A DNA stretch of 64,000 nucleotides from Rhodothermales bacterium. GTDB lineage: Bacteria > Bacteroidota > Rhodothermia > Rhodothermales > VXPQ01. Below the pieces are notes generated by a model. It saw only the letters and a program-made list of their open reading frames with translations, was not told the DNA's origin and did not search any database. Both the position numbers and the translations under genes were made by a program. Of the stretch, positions 1 through 9,160 are shown one piece after another. The stretch is taken from assembly GCA_965248175.1 (NCBI GenBank), contig OZ252093.1:2782406-2846405 (forward strand), in the 5' to 3' direction. Position 1 is the first letter of the stretch, and every line of letters begins with the position of its first letter.

Positions 1-2803
1 CCGCACGGTCGAGAGCTTGGCGAACCCCGTCCCGGTATGCCTCGTTGGCTGGCAGAAACGACTTGTTCTTGAACCGCTCAAAAATATCCTCGGCCTGAGC
101 GATCTGATCTGAAGTGAGTGTGCGCGGGTCTAGGACCGTCAGACGGGGCAGCTGAGTGATCGTGAGAATCGCGCGGCCCTGCTGCTGTCGAGAGCCGATC
201 CACCAGAAGGAGAGAAGCCCCAAGGTGGTATTTGCCCACAAGACCAGAGGAAATGTCCACTCGTCTTGCTCTGGAATGAAATTGGGCCATGCTCGGCCGC
301 CAATCGCTTTATCTGGTGTGAGGCAGGCGGTGAGGCTTTGCGAATTGATTTGGAAATCGAGGTTAAAATGCAGTCGGGAGGCCACGCGATTCCAGACCTT
401 GACTGCATGATCGTCGCAGCCGGAACGCACCACACCTTCGCGATCGGGCGGAACAACCAAACCCCGTTCGCACTCGGCGTCGTGGCTCCACAGCGCCGGG
501 TATTGCGGCACCCCCTGAACGGGAATGATATCAAAGGGGCCTCGCGGCGATCCATTGCTATTCTTTCCGGAAATGTCGCGGTGATGAAATCCCCGCTTGC
601 CCAGAGAATCAAGGCAAGTTATAGACAGTCGGGCGGAATAGCCCCAAGGCAATCGGAGTATCCCTTCCGCTAAGCCAAGAGCGGTATCAGCAAGCGTGGT
701 TTCGCGGAGGAACGCGCAGCCGCCCTGGCTCAAAGGGGCACGAATGTACGTACCGATAATCTCGCAGTCACCCACGTAGAGCCGCCCTTGTCGATCCTGA
801 GACGTCAGCCGACGCACCGCCCGCGCCATTTCGAAAGCCTCCGTAAGACTGTCCGGCCGATGGGAGAGGTTAACAAACAGGGCCTCTCCACATTTAGAGT
901 CGCATCCAGAGCAACGCTTGGTGGCCACCACAAGAGCCTCGGCCATACCGGTATCGGCTGAAAAAGCCCGGTCCGTCTGGCCCCCATGGGCTGCAATGGT
1001 CAGCACAGTGAGATGCTCGTACTCGCGTTCCAGTAAACTTCGCGCATCTTCCCAGGAACTACCGCTCACAAATGCTGCTGGCAGTACGAGCGCAAGAACA
1101 CCGCCCGGTCTGGTCTTGACATGGGCAAGATCTATGAAATTAGAAGCCAGCCCGGCGTTGCCGTGACCAGCTATGCTTCCACTCTTCTTCAGCTTGGCGC
1201 ATATCCCCTTTAACCGAGCACCCATTTGTCGCTGCTCGTCTTTGCTCGTACTCAACCCGGCAAACGACGGTACCGGGACCGACCCCTCTATACTTTCGTG
1301 ATTACCCGGCCGGGTAAACGGAGGATTCATAATCACCAGATCAGCCGCTCCCCGGGGAAGAATCATGTCCTGACTCCAGTCGGTTTCCACATCCGCACCC
1401 GTGCCTTGCGCCCTCCGAACGCCGGTTCCGAACAGCGACGGTGCATCGTCATATTCAATCAGGTCAAGGGCACCCAAGGCCATGGCCTGCCGTTTTTCCT
1501 TGCTTTGCTGTCCGTAGGGCAGTGTGTGGACGCGGGTGCGCTCAAAGGTCGTACCCGGATGGGTACTCGACAGCATGGATGCGGTAAGATGCGTTGCGGC
1601 GGGCATAATATCGGCGGCAACGAGAACGCGCTCCATCATCTGCCTGTGCAACCCCTGATCGTCGCCGCCTGTTTGCCTATAGCGTAGCGTCAGAGCACGG
1701 TATGTGGCCGAGAGCAAGGTACCGGTGCCACAGGCAAGGTCGGCGAATTGGAGAGAGACAAGAGCGTTCGGATCGGACCAATCTGTTTCCGCATCGAGGC
1801 GAGACACCGCTAACTCAGCGAGCAGAGCCGCCGATGTCGGTAGGGTATAAAACGTGGCAAGAAACTTCCGGTCGGCAATGAGCCGCTGAAACATGCGCCC
1901 GGAGAGGTCATGCAAGGTCGTAGCCCCAAGACCCGCCAGATCGCTGGCTGCCTGAGCAAGACGGTTGAGCACCGCATTCGCCGTACCGGCGGGAATCGGC
2001 CTGAGCAGATCGGAAGCGATATGAAAGATCGGATAGTAATTGATGTGGTCAAGGATATGTTGCCAGCAGGCAAGCAAGCGACTCTTGTTTACATCGTTGG
2101 TACCGGAGCTGCGTAGTTCATCGACAGTGGATATCCCGTGCGCTTCAACGATAGCGGTATGAAAAACGAGCGCGTTGGCGACGATGGCCATGGCCATGCG
2201 CGAGGTCTGCTCGCCGTCCTCCTGGTGTAGGGACCGCGCCATTTTTTCCAGAGTGCGAGCGCCAGCCGTTTCGCGCAGTTTGCCGGCCGCCTCGCCGATA
2301 CTCTGTTCCAGAATATTCGTCCCCTCGGCGAGTAGCCGCTCGGACAGCGAGACATTTTCAATGCATCCCGCGAGATCGTTGACGCTTCCTGCAAGCCAGC
2401 CTGTGGCTGGCCAGCGCACGGCAGCGCCCGCTTCTTGTAGTGAGTACGTGCAATAGCGAAACTCGGCGGCTTCGATATGCTGCTCCAAATCTGCCTGCGG
2501 CGCCCCACTCAGTTCCAGCGGAATTTGCACAGCGATGGTCTGCTCGATCCGATCTCCTGTTTGTGACAGGAATTTGCCCAGACGCGCTTGCGCATCTGCT
2601 TCCACAGTATGTGCCGGTTCAAACTCCGTCTCCAGAACAACCGGGATACCGCCCGGCGGGCGAATAACTATGTCTGGACGAAGAGCGGACTCGCGAAAGA
2701 CATCCTGTTGCTCCACGCCGGTCCGGTCGCGCCACTGCGGATGCTTGCTCCGCAGCACGTTCAGTAACGGAACGTTGAAAGCGACTTCGTTGGTTTTAGG
2801 CAC
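1..2803 (-). CDS. Large gamma-class N6-adenine DNA methyltransferase. The C-terminus runs off the left window edge. Possibly a type IIG/IIL-like nuclease-methylase fusion.
   Basis: This gene is absent from the ORF track because it has no in-window stop codon. My own minus-strand translation is open from the TAA at 2833..2831 down to base 1 (about 934 codons). The first in-frame start candidate is GTG at 2803..2801. SAM motif I 'FADLACGTGTLLSA' lies at about 1720..1745. Catalytic motif IV 'LVIMNPPFTRPG' has NPPF encoded at 1327..1316. The N-terminal 'RPDIVIRPPGGIPVVLETEFEP' is a weak PD-(D/E)xK-like pattern. Confidence 0.8.
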   Translation of the reverse strand, partial: MPKTNEVAFNVPLLNVLRSKHPQWRDRTGVEQQDVFRESALRPDIVIRPPGGIPVVLETEFEPAHTVEADAQARLGKFLSQTGDRIEQTIAVQIPLELSGAPQADLEQHIEAAEFRYCTYSLQEAGAAVRWPATGWLAGSVNDLAGCIENVSLSERLLAEGTNILEQSIGEAAGKLRETAGARTLEKMARSLHQEDGEQTSRMAMAIVANALVFHTAIVEAHGISTVDELRSSGTNDVNKSRLLACWQHILDHINYYPIFHIASDLLRPIPAGTANAVLNRLAQAASDLAGLGATTLHDLSGRMFQRLIADRKFLATFYTLPTSAALLAELAVSRLDAETDWSDPNALVSLQFADLACGTGTLLSATYRALTLRYRQTGGDDQGLHRQMMERVLVAADIMPAATHLTASMLSSTHPGTTFERTRVHTLPYGQQSKEKRQAMALGALDLIEYDDAPSLFGTGVRRAQGTGADVETDWSQDMILPRGAADLVIMNPPFTRPGNHESIEGSVPVPSFAGLSTSKDEQRQMGARLKGICAKLKKSGSIAGHGNAGLASNFIDLAHVKTRPGGVLALVLPAAFVSGSSWEDARSLLEREYEHLTVLTIAAHGGQTDRAFSADTGMAEALVVATKRCSGCDSKCGEALFVNLSHRPDSLTEAFEMARAVRRLTSQDRQGRLYVGDCEIIGTYIRAPLSQGGCAFLRETTLADTALGLAEGILRLPWGYSARLSITCLDSLGKRGFHHRDISGKNSNGSPRGPFDIIPVQGVPQYPALWSHDAECERGLVVPPDREGVVRSGCDDHAVKVWNRVASRLHFNLDFQINSQSLTACLTPDKAIGGRAWPNFIPEQDEWTFPLVLWANTTLGLLSFWWIGSRQQQGRAILTITQLPRLTVLDPRTLTSDQIAQAEDIFERFKNKSFLPANEAYRDGVRQALDRA

Positions 2804-3220
2804 CGGGGTGTTCGGGCCGCCTCGACCCGGTTAGGAAATTGTTGTTTGCAGGATACGCTGTTGAGGGTGCGGTTGTCAAGCGAACGATATGGGGCGTTGT
2901 ATATGGAAATTGAAAAGGGACTTTCTGCTGGGTACGGGCCTGTTTTTCGGACATTCCGCATTTTTTGCCGCTTCACGCAGGCCCAGACAGAGCAGATTCC
3001 GCATCACTTCTTCGTTGAGGAAGGCCAACCGTGCAACCGGCACCATTACAGGACCGCACCTATATTCGGACAACATGCGGTCTGTAAAAAGCCCCCGGAT
3101 CCACCGTTAGACACGGACAAGGGGACCGGAGGAAAGGAAAACAGAGAGAGTTCTCTTTAATTGGAAAGATTTGGATGAGATGAGGATGTAATCTTCGCCA
3201 GGATCGGCTGGTCCATTTGA

Positions 3221-3472
3221 CTAACCGACATGTTGACCATGCGGTTTATAATTTAATACTCTACTGATATATTTTCCTCGCGACTGCCCCGGCGCGGTAA
3301 ACGCCTGCCAAACTTGAGGCGGACACGCAGAATACCGCCATTCAACGCCATCGTGAAAGCGTACATAAATCGTCTCAGTTTCCGGGTCATAGGCCTCGGC
3401 AACGATCCGGCTGGAACCGGTAACAGGAATCCACTCAATCATCTGTGACCTCGTAAGTTTCGCGACATTCAA
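3221..3472 (-). CDS. KTSC-domain small protein
   Basis: 'IEWIPVTGSSRIVAEAYDPETETIYVRFHDGVEWRYSACPPQVWQAFTAPGQSRGKYISRVL' fits the KTSC pattern (S-S-x-I..YD...L.V.F..G..Y.Y..VP..V...). The start is either TTG 3472 (4-nt overlap with the HerA stop) or ATG 3442 (26-nt spacer). Confidence 0.7.
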   Translation of the reverse strand: MNVAKLTRSQMIEWIPVTGSSRIVAEAYDPETETIYVRFHDGVEWRYSACPPQVWQAFTAPGQSRGKYISRVLNYKPHGQHVG

Positions 3473-5232
3473 TCATCCGCAACCTCATAAGTTCCACGCC
3501 ATGCTGTCAGGGCGGGACCAACATCCGGTACTAGAGGTTCTTGACGCCAAGGGGCCAGAGATGGATCGTCGGCAAGTGGCTTCGGGTTGGGTCTATCAAA
3601 GAGTACCCGGGCAGGCAGGATCATAGATTCTCCGCTAACTACTCCCTCACCGGTACGTAGCGATGGCAGAACAGCGGCCAAACCTGCAATTGCATCCGGT
3701 AGCGCCGCTCGAATTGTATTTTGATCCTCAGAGTTCGAAAGGCGCAGGGCCACCAAGGTTCCGCACTGTGCCAGAGCGGTGTCCGGTAGCTCCGTAGGGC
3801 GCTGGGTGACGAGCAAGAGCCCGACACCGTATTTCCTTCCCTCTCTTGCAATTCTATTCGCAGAATCACGAGTCAACATGCTTGCGCTGTCACCAAGGTA
3901 TCGGTGAGCTTCTTCCAATACTACGAGAACAGGGCTGGGGCGCCCAATGCCCGGTCCTCCCAAATTGCAACGGAGCGATATCTCAAAAATCAGATTAAGA
4001 ACGACACCGATCGCGAGATCGGCAGCAGCAGATGGAACTCCGCTGAAATCAAGCACTGATATGGGCCGAACGCCACCAAGCCAATCCTGCATTACTTTGA
4101 CCAACGGATCATCACCTTGCGGCTCACCCTTGGGCTCCTGAAAAAACCGAAGCTGTGGATCAAGAAGGCCGAGACGGAACATATCCGGCATGGTCCCATA
4201 GGTACCGTGAAACGGCCCCTTGTGCGGAGGCTCACTGCCAGGACCATAAGGTTTAAACGTCGCTGACCGCAACGTGTTTGCATCACCGGCGTTGGTCAGA
4301 CAAACAGTTGTCGGGTCCGCCTTGCTTTCGAGGGTCTCGTTGTTTTTGAAATCAAGTTGATGCCAAACCGCCCGAATATCAAACGGTACTGGCGTGTCGG
4401 CTGTAACAGCTGTCGGATCAAGTTTGAGCCAATCGGCAGCCTCTACAAACTTGCGACGAGCAGCAGTCACAAGTTCGGTATAGCGTCCCACGAATGTCGC
4501 ACTGCCCGATGATCCAGAAAAAATGTGCACAATGTCAGCCGCCGGGAGCGCCCAGAACGGGACACGTAACTGATCTCCACCTGTGGCAAGAACGCTTTTG
4601 ACAGAAGCATTACCCTCCAATGCTTGTGCGTACTCACCGTGCGGATCGATAACCACGATATTTGCCGCTTGCCACCCCCCCTCTACGAAGCTCTGCAATA
4701 AAGAAGCGACAACGCTGGTCTTCCCAGAGCCCGTAGAGCCAACGATGGCTGCGTGACGGACGACGAAGCGCGAGATATCCACACAAACTGGAACTTCCTC
4801 GGTAGCAGCTAGACGGCCCAGTCGCAGATTTTGATTGTCGGGGTGCGGGAATACCGACCTAAGCTGACTTGGCGTTGCGAAGTGTACAGGATCATCAAGG
4901 CCAGGATATGAACCCACACCGCGCTGGAAACGCTCCGTGCCGCGATCAATCTCACCAAGTAACTGAACTTGTAGCCAGCGCTCATCGTGTTGAACCGACT
5001 CCGCTGGTTTGATTGGACCAGAAAGTTCAGCAATGCCGACAAGGGAAACCGTGGCGACGAGGTCAACAAGGCCCTGAGGAATTCGAACGAGTGAGCCGAT
5101 CTGACCCACAGGTTGAAGGTGACCACGATAAATTGGTGCTGTCCCTGCGAGGTCAGGATCAAGTGCCACTGTAACAGTAGCCCCTAGAACATGACGTACT
5201 CTCCCAATACACGTTGGATCGCGCTCAGTCAT
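3469..5232 (-). CDS. herA: HerA-like (DUF87) ATPase, the HerA component of a SIR2-HerA defence pair
   Basis: 587 aa. There is an N-terminal HAS-barrel-like segment, Walker A 'VGSTGSGKTS' and Walker B-like 'VLVVLEEAHRY'. The start ATG at 5232 overlaps the SIR2 stop by 8 nt (ATGACTGA). Confidence 0.85.
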   Translation of the reverse strand: MTERDPTCIGRVRHVLGATVTVALDPDLAGTAPIYRGHLQPVGQIGSLVRIPQGLVDLVATVSLVGIAELSGPIKPAESVQHDERWLQVQLLGEIDRGTERFQRGVGSYPGLDDPVHFATPSQLRSVFPHPDNQNLRLGRLAATEEVPVCVDISRFVVRHAAIVGSTGSGKTSVVASLLQSFVEGGWQAANIVVIDPHGEYAQALEGNASVKSVLATGGDQLRVPFWALPAADIVHIFSGSSGSATFVGRYTELVTAARRKFVEAADWLKLDPTAVTADTPVPFDIRAVWHQLDFKNNETLESKADPTTVCLTNAGDANTLRSATFKPYGPGSEPPHKGPFHGTYGTMPDMFRLGLLDPQLRFFQEPKGEPQGDDPLVKVMQDWLGGVRPISVLDFSGVPSAAADLAIGVVLNLIFEISLRCNLGGPGIGRPSPVLVVLEEAHRYLGDSASMLTRDSANRIAREGRKYGVGLLLVTQRPTELPDTALAQCGTLVALRLSNSEDQNTIRAALPDAIAGLAAVLPSLRTGEGVVSGESMILPARVLFDRPNPKPLADDPSLAPWRQEPLVPDVGPALTAWRGTYEVADD

Positions 5233-6412
5233 ATTCCTTTCTGTTCACTTCCGTCCGAGACTCCCCAATAGCGTCCCTGAGCAACTCCTTCAAAACACCG
5301 TCACCGCTTTGTTCACGTGTCGTGCTTCGAGCCAAATATCTGGCAAGATTACAGAAGTTTCGGAGGGCAAACTGTTCATTCTCCCAAATATCCAGTGGCG
5401 CATTGTCCGGTTTATCCCAATCCGCACGGACACCGCCAATAATTGCCTCACGACCAGAGACCACTTGGATGTTAGGGATGGTAACTGCACGGTCAGCCAA
5501 TATATCCGGAATCTCCGAAAAGCAGAAGGCTATAAACTCGGAACGCTCGCGGCGCACTGCAGCATTGAAAATTTGCTCATTGAGATGTTCGTCACCGAAC
5601 GAATATCCAGAGATCAGCATAAGCGTCTCTGGCTGATAGAGTGCCCTTCTCAATCGGTCCTGAAGTACGACAAAGGGGACACGCCGCGATTCCTCGTACT
5701 TTGCATCAGACGGATAAATGGCCGCCGCAAGACCTTCAGGAACCGGGTGGCCTAGTCGGACAATTTGCCGGTCTCCTTTCCAAGACCAGTTCACGGAGCC
5801 GTGCAGTTTCCAAAGCCTGACGAAAAACGCAGGAACCACTTCAGCATCCGGTCCTGGCAATCCCTCGACCAGTTCCGTATGAAATCTGGCTTCCAGAGAT
5901 CCTACAAAACCATCGAAGTAGGGCACACGCATTTCCTCAAGAGCAGTCTCTAACAAAAGGTCATAGTTTACCGTGAATAATTCGACAGGTAGATGGTAAT
6001 TGGCGCGTGCTGCCCAGACGGCCAAACACATTGCGGCAGTTGGATCCACACCATCAACGCCATCAACTTTCAGCGCCCTGACAATCGCCTGACAGACAGC
6101 GGCATCCAATTTCTCCGCATCCCTCGCCGTCAGGTCATTCACTGTTTCTTCGCCGGAGATAAGTGCCGAAATGCGACGGAGGCGGCTTAACGCCGCCTCG
6201 AGGTTTCGGCCCGTTAGTTGGCGCTGGAAGGCGGCATGTTCGTCTTCTTGGATATCTTCCAGAACATACTGCTCAAGCGCCTTCACATCAGGTAGGCCAC
6301 ACGCCTTCCCAACCCCGGCACCTAGGAACGCACATACGTGACGAGACCGAGTAGCGAGCTTAGTGCCAAGAGACGTGACAAAACTCAATGGGTTGTGATC
6401 TGGCATGTGCAC
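5225..6412 (-). CDS. SIR2-family (SIR2_2) NADase-like protein, the SIR2 component of a SIR2-HerA defence pair
   Basis: 395 aa with 'FLGAGVGKACGLP', 'FTVNYDLLLE' and 'KLHGSVNW', which are the hallmark SIR2_2 motifs. It lies directly upstream of, and overlaps, herA. The start is GTG 6412 or ATG 6406. Confidence 0.85.
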   Translation of the reverse strand: MHMPDHNPLSFVTSLGTKLATRSRHVCAFLGAGVGKACGLPDVKALEQYVLEDIQEDEHAAFQRQLTGRNLEAALSRLRRISALISGEETVNDLTARDAEKLDAAVCQAIVRALKVDGVDGVDPTAAMCLAVWAARANYHLPVELFTVNYDLLLETALEEMRVPYFDGFVGSLEARFHTELVEGLPGPDAEVVPAFFVRLWKLHGSVNWSWKGDRQIVRLGHPVPEGLAAAIYPSDAKYEESRRVPFVVLQDRLRRALYQPETLMLISGYSFGDEHLNEQIFNAAVRRERSEFIAFCFSEIPDILADRAVTIPNIQVVSGREAIIGGVRADWDKPDNAPLDIWENEQFALRNFCNLARYLARSTTREQSGDGVLKELLRDAIGESRTEVNRKEYD

Positions 6413-6600
6413 TCTGCTGGCAAGAAGCGCCGGCTCATTGGTTCCTTACTGAATACATGTCCACCCGGCGGAAAGTAACTCACCGAACGAACGCTAAAGA
6501 ACATGGGTCAGTTTCGCATCGGACGATTCCTAGAGACGGTTTGTCCTGATTGGACAGATTTTTGCAAACCATTTCTCCATTACTATCATGCGTCACATCC

Positions 6601-8322
6601 TTACAACCCGAACAGTTTGGTTGCTTGTTTAACCAGATTCTCGGTTCTGGTTTTTATCTGTTCGACACCCCAACTTTGAGAATTAGCCAAATCTTCATTT
6701 ATACTTAGGCCATTTTTATATCCAACCCATCGGCCTTGTGCATCAGTACGATCCCGCTTTTCCTCAAAGCCCTTGTTTCCAAGAGCACTATTGAATCCGG
6801 AAATGGTCAGATTTCCCAGTTTGTGGACATACGTCTGTTGAGCCTCCTTCGCCTTGTGCTCATCCCCATCAGCGATCATGGTCATCCATGGTTGAGGTAT
6901 GTTTTCACCCTGTGGAAAGATATGCTCAATGGTCCAGACAGACCTTCCCTTTCCCCCAACGGCCCATAGGTCAACCCAAGTTTCTTTGGTCATTTCTTGT
7001 TCAGCCAAGGCACATAGAACAAATCGGGTGACACCTGAATTTTCCACGTAAATTGGCCCTTCCAATTTGCTCTGGAATATATCATCAGATGCAGATACAG
7101 CCACGAGTTCCTCCTTAATAGCCTGCGTAACAGCTATTCCATGCAGGCTACTTATTTTATCTATAATCGTCATGAAAAGTCGAGTTAAATCCCGTGTAGG
7201 CGGCGTGTCTGTGAGATTACGACGGACAAAGAAACGAACCAGAAACGCAACCGTCGAGGCTAATTGCTTGTTGTCCAGTTGCAAATCTTCCTTACGGACA
7301 AGCAGGTAAAGCATCAGCAGATAGGATGGCGCTCCTTGGATGCGTGCGAGATTCTTGAGCGGTATCTCAAGTCCGTTGAGGGCATCGTCCTGATTGCGAG
7401 AGAGAATCAATGAGTACTTTTGACCAGCGATGCCGATTTTTGTCAGGCAATCCTTGGCGTCATCGTTAATAAGCTTCTCGTATATCTGAATCAGGTTGGA
7501 TCGGGTAGCCACGGGCACCTTATACAACGCTTTCAGTTCATCCTTAAAAGCGTTGTAGTATTGGCGGAAGAAACGCTCCTGAGTGCCATAGTCATCGCCT
7601 AAGTAGTTCAGCAAGCGGTTCCAGCGCTCATAATAGTGATCCACCTTGCCGGACTCAATGGATTCCAGTCTTGCCAAGAGCTTGTTCTTGATCAGATCAA
7701 CCGCCGTTAATGGCATACCTCTATTGTTCAGCGATTCGAACAGGGTGTAGGCATCGGCATGACTCGCCACCTCAATTTTGACCAAGCAAGCATAGCTGAC
7801 CTTTTCCAGAAATTCCAGGATGGTCCCAAGCCCGTCGCCCCCCTCATCTGTCATTTCATTGATACGGCCCTGGAAATATCGGTAGGCACGGAAAATTTTG
7901 CGGTTCCCCGCATAAGCCGGACGATCGCTCCCACTGATAATCCCCGTCTCAGCAAGAACGGCCCGGTAATCATTCTGGTTGTTGTTCTGAATCTGTGGTA
8001 TCAGGCGGATCTGTTTATCGCCTTTCTTCAAAATCAGCTTACGCTTTAAGTTGGTTTGCTCGACAAGCTGTTCAGCATCCAAATTGGATTCATGGCTTTT
8101 CAAGGCATGATAGACCGAAGCAAAAAGCAGCGAGAGCGTCATCAGTCGCTGCTGGCCATCGACTAGTTCCAGTTTCTGAACCAATAGCGCGTCTTCCGAC
8201 TGATTGATACAGATAATCGAACCGAGGAAATAGCCGGGGTCGTTATCAAGAACATCGTCAAACAGGCTTTCCCACTGATTCTTCCCCCAAGTGTATTCGC
8301 GCTGGTATCGAGGGATTGTATA
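6601..8322 (-). pseudogene. GmrSD-like type IV restriction endonuclease (DUF262 N-terminal plus DUF1524/His-Me C-terminal). This is the body of the gene, separated from its first 21 codons by an IS insertion.
   Basis: The frame stays open upstream of the track's TTG 8184 and reads '...YTIPRYQREYTWGKNQWESLFDDVLDNDPGYFLGSIICI...LVDGQQRL' (DUF262 signature). No ATG/GTG/TTG start precedes it before the in-frame TGA at 8391..8389, inside the IS. The C-terminal 'WTIEHIFPQ...HKLGNLTISGFNSALGNK' is DUF1524-like. Confidence 0.85.
8315..8322. repeat. Target-site duplication (left copy)
   Basis: ATTGTATA lies immediately outside the left IR and is identical to 10898..10905. Confidence 0.9.
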
Positions 8323-8345
8323 GGGAATTATATACGAAAGTAACC
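8323..8345. repeat. Terminal inverted repeat (left) of the IS1595-family transposon
   Basis: GGGAATTATATACGAAAGTAACC is the exact reverse complement of 10875..10897. Confidence 0.9.
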
Positions 8346-8354
8346 GCTTTCGGA

Positions 8355-8564
8355 TCAGAGCATATCCTCCAACGGCGGCGGTTTTTTGTCATCGGGCGAT
8401 ACCGCACCCCGATCCTTCTTTATCGGCGTTACGATGCACTTCGCCAGTATCTCTGGCGTCGTGTCGATCTTCAAAACGCGCGTCTCCGGGCGACCTCGCT
8501 TTTTCGATTCGGGTTTGGGCTTTTTCGGTTTCATGGTCTTCGCCTTAGGTCTGATATTGTTCAC
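8355..8564 (-). CDS. Small lysine/proline-rich basic protein with an AT-hook-like 'KKRGRPE' core (function unknown)
   Basis: 69 aa from GTG 8564 (GTGA overlap with the endonuclease stop), or 59 aa from ATG 8534. It ends 9 bp from the left IR. No recognisable fold. Coding status is supported mainly by the stop/start overlap. Confidence 0.45.
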   Translation of the reverse strand: MNNIRPKAKTMKPKKPKPESKKRGRPETRVLKIDTTPEILAKCIVTPIKKDRGAVSPDDKKPPPLEDML

Positions 8565-9160
8565 TTACCCCTTTGCCGTCGTTCTCTCACGATCTCTTTC
8601 ATCAGCGTAAACGGTTCACTGTAGAATGGTGGTTCTAAGGGCCACGAAACAGGAACACTTGTCGCCAATAGGTGCATCCTCTGGTAATCCGAATACTTCC
8701 GATGTTTGGAACGCGGCAGATGCTCATTTCTGATAAATCCAAAGTGCCATTTATGGTCAAACTCAAAGAGATTAATCGCCAGTATATCGAATTTTCCTGC
8801 CAGCAGGCACGTTGTCTGCAACGTGGTTCCGTTGGGCAGTGTAACAGATCGTCGGTCGCTCGCATCGACTTGGCATCGTCCGAAATAGTCGCCGTTGTTA
8901 GTTCTCACCGAACGGGTTTGCAACGACTTCACCTCGACAATGATCGGTTGGCCTTGGTATTCGAAACTGAAGTCTGCTGGCCGTGATCTGTCGTGATCGT
9001 CGTATCGAATTAGTTTGTGAATTCGGGCATCTGAAAATACGGTGCGCTGTAACTTGTACTCAGCCAAAAACCCAATCAGTATCCCTCGGATGCTTGGACG
9101 CTCTGCAAGTACAACGTTCAAGTCATCGTAGGAAATACCCCAGTCTTCCAGAATTCCCAT
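8561..9160 (-). CDS. Type II restriction endonuclease (PD-(D/E)xK fold), cargo of the IS
   Basis: 199 aa. 'PADFSFEYQGQPIIVEVKS' gives a D...E-V-K catalytic pattern. The start overlaps the methyltransferase stop (TAATG at 9162..9158). Confidence 0.65.
   Translation of the reverse strand: MGILEDWGISYDDLNVVLAERPSIRGILIGFLAEYKLQRTVFSDARIHKLIRYDDHDRSRPADFSFEYQGQPIIVEVKSLQTRSVRTNNGDYFGRCQVDASDRRSVTLPNGTTLQTTCLLAGKFDILAINLFEFDHKWHFGFIRNEHLPRSKHRKYSDYQRMHLLATSVPVSWPLEPPFYSEPFTLMKEIVRERRQRGK

Noticed and set aside
2834-3220. Small ORFs in the gap between the KTSC gene and the methylase start (for example 2876..3076 minus strand, 66 aa; 2846..3160 plus strand, 104 aa). These could be a controller or HTH gene.
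   Set aside because: I could see no helix-turn-helix or other motif, and the ORFs mutually overlap on both strands. I treat the region as the promoter/leader of the methylase gene.
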